Assembly (NCBI GenBank): GCA_963664435.2
Contig: CAXXKM010000003.1
Location: 1,568,001-1,632,000 of the forward strand
Length of the DNA stretch: 64,000 nucleotides
Source of the DNA: Longimicrobiales bacterium
GTDB taxonomy: Bacteria > Gemmatimonadota > Gemmatimonadetes > Longimicrobiales > Gaopeijiaceae
Direction of reading: 5' to 3'
Both the position numbers and the translations under genes were made by a program. Of the stretch, positions 58,869 to 64,000 are shown piece by piece. How positions within the stretch are numbered: the stretch's first letter is position 1; the number at the start of each line of letters is the position of its first letter. The notes under the pieces were generated by a model. That model was not told the origin of the DNA and did not search any database. It saw only the letters and a program-made list of their open reading frames with translations.

Positions 58869-60449
58869 TCACGCCGGCAGGAGGCCCGGCCGGCCGGCTT
58901 CGACCACGAAGGAAGCGCGCGTCTCGACCGGGGCCCCGGGCTCGGTGACGTAGGGGACGATCCGGTAGTCCGCGACCATGCGATCCGGGGTCGCGGCGCA
59001 GCGAACGTAGCCCCGCTGGGCATTGAAGAAGTGGATGTGCGGGTTGCGGGCAAGCGTGTCGCCGGTCCCGGGACGCGTGTCCTGCCCGTCTCCGCCGGAG
59101 CTGATGGACGTGCCTACCAGCTCGGCACCCACGATGCCGGACGACGGGTTGCGCGGGTCCGCCTTAAGGTCCGCCGCCCAGTTGCTGTGGATGTCGCCGG
59201 TGAGGACCACCGGGTTCGCCGGCCGGGTCCGGTCCAGGAAGGAGAGCAGCCGGTCCTGCGCTTCCGGGTAGCCGTCCCAGCGGTCCATCGACACGGTGGG
59301 TTCACCGTCCCGGGAGCCCTCCAGCCGGGCGATCATGACCTGGTTGGCGAGCACGTTCCAGCGGCTCTCCGACTCCGCCAGGCCGCCGAACAGCCAATCC
59401 TCCTGCTCCGTCCCCAGCATGGTGCGGCCGGGCTGGAGCGCCTCCGGGCACAGCGGCCCATTGGTGTCGCCGCACGCCTGGTCGGAGCGGTACTGGCGGC
59501 TGTCCAGCACGTGGAGGTCGGCCAGGCCGCCGAAGCGCAGCCGCCGGTAGACCTGGATGTCCGGCCCGCTGGGCATCGATGAACGCCGCACGGGCATGAA
59601 CTCGTAGAAGGCCTGGAAGGCGGCCGTGCGGCGCAGCCGGAGTTGCGCGGGCGACTGGTCGTCCTCGGCCACGTCGGACGCCCAGTTGTTGTCCACCTCG
59701 TGGTCGTCGAAAGTAGTCACCCACGGGAACGCCGCGTGGGCGGCCTGCAGGTCGGGGTCGGACCTGTAGAGGAGATAGCGGGCGCGGTAGTCGTCGAGCG
59801 TGAGCACTTCGCCCGCTTCGTGGGCGCGCACCAGGTTGTCGCCGTATCCCACCTCGTAGATGTAGTCGCCGAGGTGGAAGACCAGATCCAGTTCCTCGTC
59901 GGCCATGTGGCGGTAGGCCGTGTAATAGCCGTGCTCGTAGTTCTGACACGATGCGAAGGCGAAGCGCAGCCGGTCGGCGGGCGTGCCGGGCGCGGGCAGG
60001 GTGCGGGTGCGGCCGACCGGGCTCTGGTCGCCTCCCGTCATGAAGCGATACCAGTACGGCCGGTCAGGCTCGAGTCCCTCCACCTCCACGTGGACCGAGT
60101 GGCCCAGTTCGGGGACCGCCAGCTGGGTGCCCTGGCGAACCACGCGCGAGAAGCTCTCGTCGGCCGCCACCTCCCAGCGCACCGCAACCGGTTCGGCCGC
60201 CAGACCCGCGTCGCGCATCCCTTCCGCCGACAGGCGCGTCCACAGTACCACCCCCCCGGCGTCCGGATCGCCGGACGCGACCCCCGACGGGAAGGGAGAG
60301 ACGGCCAGGCGTGCCGTGCGGTCGCCCCGGCAGGCGCCCAGCGAGCCCAGCGCGACGATGCCGGCCACATCGCGGCCGATCCTCACGAAGTCGCGCCGCG
60401 ACATGCGGGCGGCGGTCAGGTCGTACCAGTGCGCTTCCCCAATCTTCAC
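58869..60449 (-). CDS. phoD: Alkaline phosphatase D family, Tat-exported
   Basis: SRRDFV, GVASGDP, FASCQNY, HLGDYIYE, DDHEVDNN, DRWDGY, LTGDIH. Confidence 0.95.
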   Translation of the reverse strand: MKIGEAHWYDLTAARMSRRDFVRIGRDVAGIVALGSLGACRGDRTARLAVSPFPSGVASGDPDAGGVVLWTRLSAEGMRDAGLAAEPVAVRWEVAADESFSRVVRQGTQLAVPELGHSVHVEVEGLEPDRPYWYRFMTGGDQSPVGRTRTLPAPGTPADRLRFAFASCQNYEHGYYTAYRHMADEELDLVFHLGDYIYEVGYGDNLVRAHEAGEVLTLDDYRARYLLYRSDPDLQAAHAAFPWVTTFDDHEVDNNWASDVAEDDQSPAQLRLRRTAAFQAFYEFMPVRRSSMPSGPDIQVYRRLRFGGLADLHVLDSRQYRSDQACGDTNGPLCPEALQPGRTMLGTEQEDWLFGGLAESESRWNVLANQVMIARLEGSRDGEPTVSMDRWDGYPEAQDRLLSFLDRTRPANPVVLTGDIHSNWAADLKADPRNPSSGIVGAELVGTSISSGGDGQDTRPGTGDTLARNPHIHFFNAQRGYVRCAATPDRMVADYRIVPYVTEPGAPVETRASFVVEAGRPGLLPA

Positions 60450-60569
60450 GGCCGTCTCCCGGGGCGTGGGTCGTCATCCGTTCGCGTGCGCGGCGGGCGC
60501 CCATATTATGGAACATTCGCCCGGGAACCCAAACCGGAACTACGAGTGCACCTGGAGGCGCGGGACAAG

Positions 60570-62822
60570 ATGCGCGACCTGTTGCAGGCGGCGGTGACCA
60601 CGGTGGCTCTGGCCGGCTTCCTGCCGGGATGCGCCGCGGCGCTCGCGCCCCAGCAGGCCGACCTCTCCAGCCTCTGTTCCGCGGGAGCCCGCGGCGCCCG
60701 GCTGGCCGGCGGCGCTGCCTCGCCCGTGGGACAGACGCCCACGGATCTCTTCTGCTTCGACCTGCACGCTACCTCCGCCGCGCGGGAGGCGTGGGGCGTG
60801 ATGGAACTGGGCAGGGTGCCCGGCCCCTTCGGGGTGACCGTGACCGCAGAGGGACGTCACGTCCACAACCTGACCGCATGGCTCCGCGGGCTTCCGGACC
60901 CGGCAGACCTCGGCCCCTACGAGTCGTACGTCGCCTGGGCCACCACGCCCACGCTGGATCCGGTGATCCGCCTCGGACCGGTGGGCAACGGTCGCAATCG
61001 CCTCGGCCGCATCTCCTTCAACAAGTTCCTGATCCTGATCACCGCGGAGACCTCCGCCGACGCCACGGAGCGCGAGGGGCGCCTGGTGATGCGCGGCCGC
61101 TCCCCCAGCAGCCTGATGGAGGCCCACGACCTGCTGGCCCAGGCTCCCGAGGCACTCCGCGCTCCGGCTGGAATGTCCCATGACCACGCCGGCGCCACGG
61201 ACGGATCCGGTTGGAGCCTGCCCCCCATGTACCCCGGCCTGCCGATGCTGCCGGGCATCATGGCGCTCCGCCCGCGGGTGGACGCCTACCTGCCCGAAGC
61301 TCCGGCGCCGGAGGACCTCCCGCCGGTCCGGCCGCGCCAGCTGGTGCGGCTGGGCGACGGCGGCACACTCGACCTCGAGGCCGGTTTCGTCCGCCGCGAC
61401 ATCGGCGGCCGCGCGGTGGTCATGCTGGCCTTCAACGGGCAGCAGCCGGGCCCTCTCCTCCAGGTGCCCGAGAGCGCGACCATCTTCGTCAACTTCACCA
61501 ACCGCACCCCGCTGCCGACGGCCATCCACTGGCACGGCATCCGCCTTGACAACCGCTTCGACGGCGTGCCGGGAGTCACCCAGGACCCGGTTCAGCCCGG
61601 CGAGACCTTCCGCTACCAGATCCATTTCCCGGACGCCGGCATCTACTGGTACCACCCCCATCACCGCGAGGACATCCAGCAGGAGCTGGGCCTCTACGGA
61701 AACCTGCTGGTTGACTCGCCGCGCCCCGACTACTACGGCCCGGCGAACCAGGAAGAGGTGCTGATGCTGGACGACCTCCTGCTGGGAGAGGACGGCGTCG
61801 TGCCCTTCGGCGACAGCTCGAGCAACTACGCGCTCATGGGTCGCTTCGGGAACATCCTGCTGATCAACGGCGAGCCGGATTACACGCTGCGCGCCCGCCG
61901 GGGCGAGGTTGTGCGCTTCTTCCTCACCAACGTGTCCAACACCCGCACCTTCAACCTGTCGTTCTCACGGGCGGATCAGGCCGACGTGGCCGGCCTCGAC
62001 GCTCCGGTTCGCACCCTGCCCGTCAAGGTGGTGGCCTCCGACGTGGGCAGGTTCGAACGGGAGGTGATGGCCGAGAGCGTCGTCATCTCCCCGGCCGAGC
62101 GCTACGTCGTCGAGGTGCGCTTCGACGAGGCCGGCGAGTTCGTGCTCTCCAACCGGGTGCAGGCCATCAGTCACCGCGAAGGCGTCTTCTTCAGCGAGTC
62201 GCGGGTGATGGGCAGGGTCGTCGTCGACCCCGAGCCCACCCCGCTCGATCACGCGCACGCCTTCGCGACCATGCGCGAGAACGCGGATGTCACGCGGGAC
62301 ATCGACGCCTACCGCGAGCACTTCGACCGCCCCGTCGACCATTCGCTCGACCTCACCCTCGAAGTCGAGGACCTGCCGCGCCCCGTCGAGCAGTCGATGC
62401 TCTACGACTGGGCATACTTCAACCCGGTGGAGTGGAGCGGCACGATGCCGGTCATGAACTGGGCGAGCGACGGCGGCCAGGCGCGCTGGATCCTGCGCGA
62501 TCCCGGGAGCGGACGCGAGAACATGGATATCCGCTGGCGCTTCCGCGTGGGAGACGTGGTCAGGATCCGGCTGCACAACGACCGCAATGCCTTCCACGCC
62601 ATGCAGCACCCGCTCCACATCCACGGCCAGCGCTTCCTGGTGCTCTCGCAGAACGGCGTCCCGAACGACAACCTCGTGTGGAAGGACACCGTGCTGCTAC
62701 CGACCGGCTCAACCACCGACATCCTGCTCGAGCTCTCCAACCCCGGGCGCTGGATGGTGCACTGCCACATCGCGGAGCACCTCGAGACGGGGATGAAGTT
62801 CGTCTTCGAGGTCGAGCCGTGA
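60570..62822 (+). CDS. Multicopper oxidase lipoprotein with extra N-terminal domain
   Basis: ATG 60570, lipobox LPGC; HWHG, WYHPH, HPLHIHG, HCHIAEHLETGM. Confidence 0.93.
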   Translation: MRDLLQAAVTTVALAGFLPGCAAALAPQQADLSSLCSAGARGARLAGGAASPVGQTPTDLFCFDLHATSAAREAWGVMELGRVPGPFGVTVTAEGRHVHNLTAWLRGLPDPADLGPYESYVAWATTPTLDPVIRLGPVGNGRNRLGRISFNKFLILITAETSADATEREGRLVMRGRSPSSLMEAHDLLAQAPEALRAPAGMSHDHAGATDGSGWSLPPMYPGLPMLPGIMALRPRVDAYLPEAPAPEDLPPVRPRQLVRLGDGGTLDLEAGFVRRDIGGRAVVMLAFNGQQPGPLLQVPESATIFVNFTNRTPLPTAIHWHGIRLDNRFDGVPGVTQDPVQPGETFRYQIHFPDAGIYWYHPHHREDIQQELGLYGNLLVDSPRPDYYGPANQEEVLMLDDLLLGEDGVVPFGDSSSNYALMGRFGNILLINGEPDYTLRARRGEVVRFFLTNVSNTRTFNLSFSRADQADVAGLDAPVRTLPVKVVASDVGRFEREVMAESVVISPAERYVVEVRFDEAGEFVLSNRVQAISHREGVFFSESRVMGRVVVDPEPTPLDHAHAFATMRENADVTRDIDAYREHFDRPVDHSLDLTLEVEDLPRPVEQSMLYDWAYFNPVEWSGTMPVMNWASDGGQARWILRDPGSGRENMDIRWRFRVGDVVRIRLHNDRNAFHAMQHPLHIHGQRFLVLSQNGVPNDNLVWKDTVLLPTGSTTDILLELSNPGRWMVHCHIAEHLETGMKFVFEVEP

Positions 62823-62895
62823 TCCCCGGGCCGGGGGCCTCGTTTCGCGCCAGCGCCGACCCTGCGCCGCCGCCATTCCGAACACCTGCCATTGT

Positions 62896-62921
62896 GCGGA
62901 GGCTGCCAGCCCCGCCTTTTT
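62896..62921 (+). terminator. Candidate intrinsic terminator
   Basis: GCGG(A)GGCT-GCC-AGCCCCGC followed by CTTTTT. Confidence 0.4.
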
Positions 62922-62957
62922 GATCCTCTGGAACGACATCATGTGGGAGGAGGACCC

Positions 62958-64000
62958 ATGAGAGATCCACACGAGCGGCATGTCCCATTCGCGAACACGC
63001 TTCTGCCCGTCGCCCTCGTGGCGCTGGCCGCGGCGTGCGAGGCGCCCGCACAGCAGGAGCCGGAAGCACCGGCGCCGGAATCCCCCGCAGCCCAACCGGC
63101 AGCGGATGTCGCCGGGCAGTTCCCCGACCTGGTCGCCGTGGACGCCGATCCGGTCGCGCTCACGGGAGTGAAGCTGATCGACGGCACCGGGGAGCCGGCG
63201 CGCGACGGGCAGACCGTGGTGATCGCGGACGGACGCGTCGCGGCGGTCGGGAACGACGGGGAGGTCGAGGTGCCCGACGGCGCGGAGGTTCTCGACCTGT
63301 CCGGGCACACGGTGATGCCCGCGCTCATCGGTCTGCACAACCACAGCTTCTACACGGCGGCCGGCGGCCGGTCGGCCCAGCTCTCCTTCAGCGCGCCCCG
63401 CCTTTACCTGGCCTCCGGACTGACCACCATCCGCACCACGGGTGCCCGCTCGCCCTACGAGGAGATCAATCTTCGTGACGAAATCGACGCCGGGCTTGCC
63501 GTCGGACCGACCATCTTCGTGACCGGACCCTACCTGACCGGGCAGCAGGGGAGCCGGACCATGGCGCAGCTGGACGGGCCGGAGTCGGCGCGTCGGGTGG
63601 TGCGCTACTGGTCGGAGGAGGGCGTGAGCTGGTTCAAGGCGTACACCTGGATCAGCAGGGCCGAGTTGGGCGCGGCGATCGAGGAAGCCCACGCCCACGG
63701 CATAAACGTCACTGCGCATCTTTGCTCAGTGGGTTACAGAGAGGCGGTGGCGCTCGGGATCGACAATCTGGAGCACGGCCTCTTCGCCAACAGCGAATAC
63801 GATCCCTCCAAGCAGCCGGACGAGTGTCCGCCCGGGTTCCGCAACACCTATGGGGACCTGGACGTCAACGGTCCGGAGGTGCAGCAGACCTTCCGCGACA
63901 TGGTCGACAACGATGTGTCGATGACCTCGACGCTCGCGGTCTACGAGATCTCCGTTCCGGGCCGCGGCCCTCTCGATCCGCGGGTCTGGGAGGTACTGGC
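62958..64000 (+). CDS. Amidohydrolase-family lipoprotein (3' end outside window)
   Basis: Translated by hand from ATG 62958 (GGAGGAGG RBS): LAAAC lipobox, LIDGTG, DLSGHTVMPALIGLHNH, SGLTTIRTTG, later LEHG. Confidence 0.88.
   Translation, partial: MRDPHERHVPFANTLLPVALVALAAACEAPAQQEPEAPAPESPAAQPAADVAGQFPDLVAVDADPVALTGVKLIDGTGEPARDGQTVVIADGRVAAVGNDGEVEVPDGAEVLDLSGHTVMPALIGLHNHSFYTAAGGRSAQLSFSAPRLYLASGLTTIRTTGARSPYEEINLRDEIDAGLAVGPTIFVTGPYLTGQQGSRTMAQLDGPESARRVVRYWSEEGVSWFKAYTWISRAELGAAIEEAHAHGINVTAHLCSVGYREAVALGIDNLEHGLFANSEYDPSKQPDECPPGFRNTYGDLDVNGPEVQQTFRDMVDNDVSMTSTLAVYEISVPGRGPLDPRVWEVL

Noticed and set aside
59643..60569. Apparent N-terminal extension of the 1059-aa oxidase ORF
   Set aside because: Antisense to phoD; the signal peptide and lipobox begin at ATG 60570.
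1..64000. CRISPR arrays, tRNA/rRNA genes, riboswitches, defence systems
   Set aside because: None recognised by eye; the tandem repeats have no spacers. Covariance-model searches were not run.

Overview
High-GC bacterial chromosomal window. Gene content (SusC-like receptor, 6-bladed propellers, long-form S16) suggests Gemmatimonadota, possibly host-associated; this is inference only. Layout: (1) 1-12.7 kb housekeeping, minus strand: SusC-like TBDR (partial), trmD-rimM-rpsP-ffh-purA, DapA-family, trpS, hsp20 with a sigma54-type promoter and four palindromes, thrA. (2) 12.9-22.2 kb peptidoglycan/amino-sugar salvage: NamZ, two NagZ-type GH3 (one fused to a serine hydrolase), SSS transporter, sugar kinase. 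(3) 22.2-37.3 kb accessory region: DUF4876-like lipoprotein, ECF sigma/ZAS anti-sigma, TBDR, second OM barrel, beta-propeller genes, an IS3-family element, and a 409-bp direct repeat of an M14 peptidase 3' end flanking an islet. Three copies of a 28-bp ECF-type promoter suggest a small regulon. (4) 37.3-54.3 kb core genes, including a PTPS-II/folE/SDR (biopterin-like) operon, asd, nfo and Zn-independent S14/L31. (5) 54.4-64 kb periplasmic copper/redox cluster: His-rich propeller, an uncharacterised domain that is stand-alone once and fused once, two multicopper oxidases, cytochrome c, PhoD and an amidohydrolase (partial). No rRNA, tRNA or CRISPR array recognised. Family calls come from motifs read by eye, not database searches.
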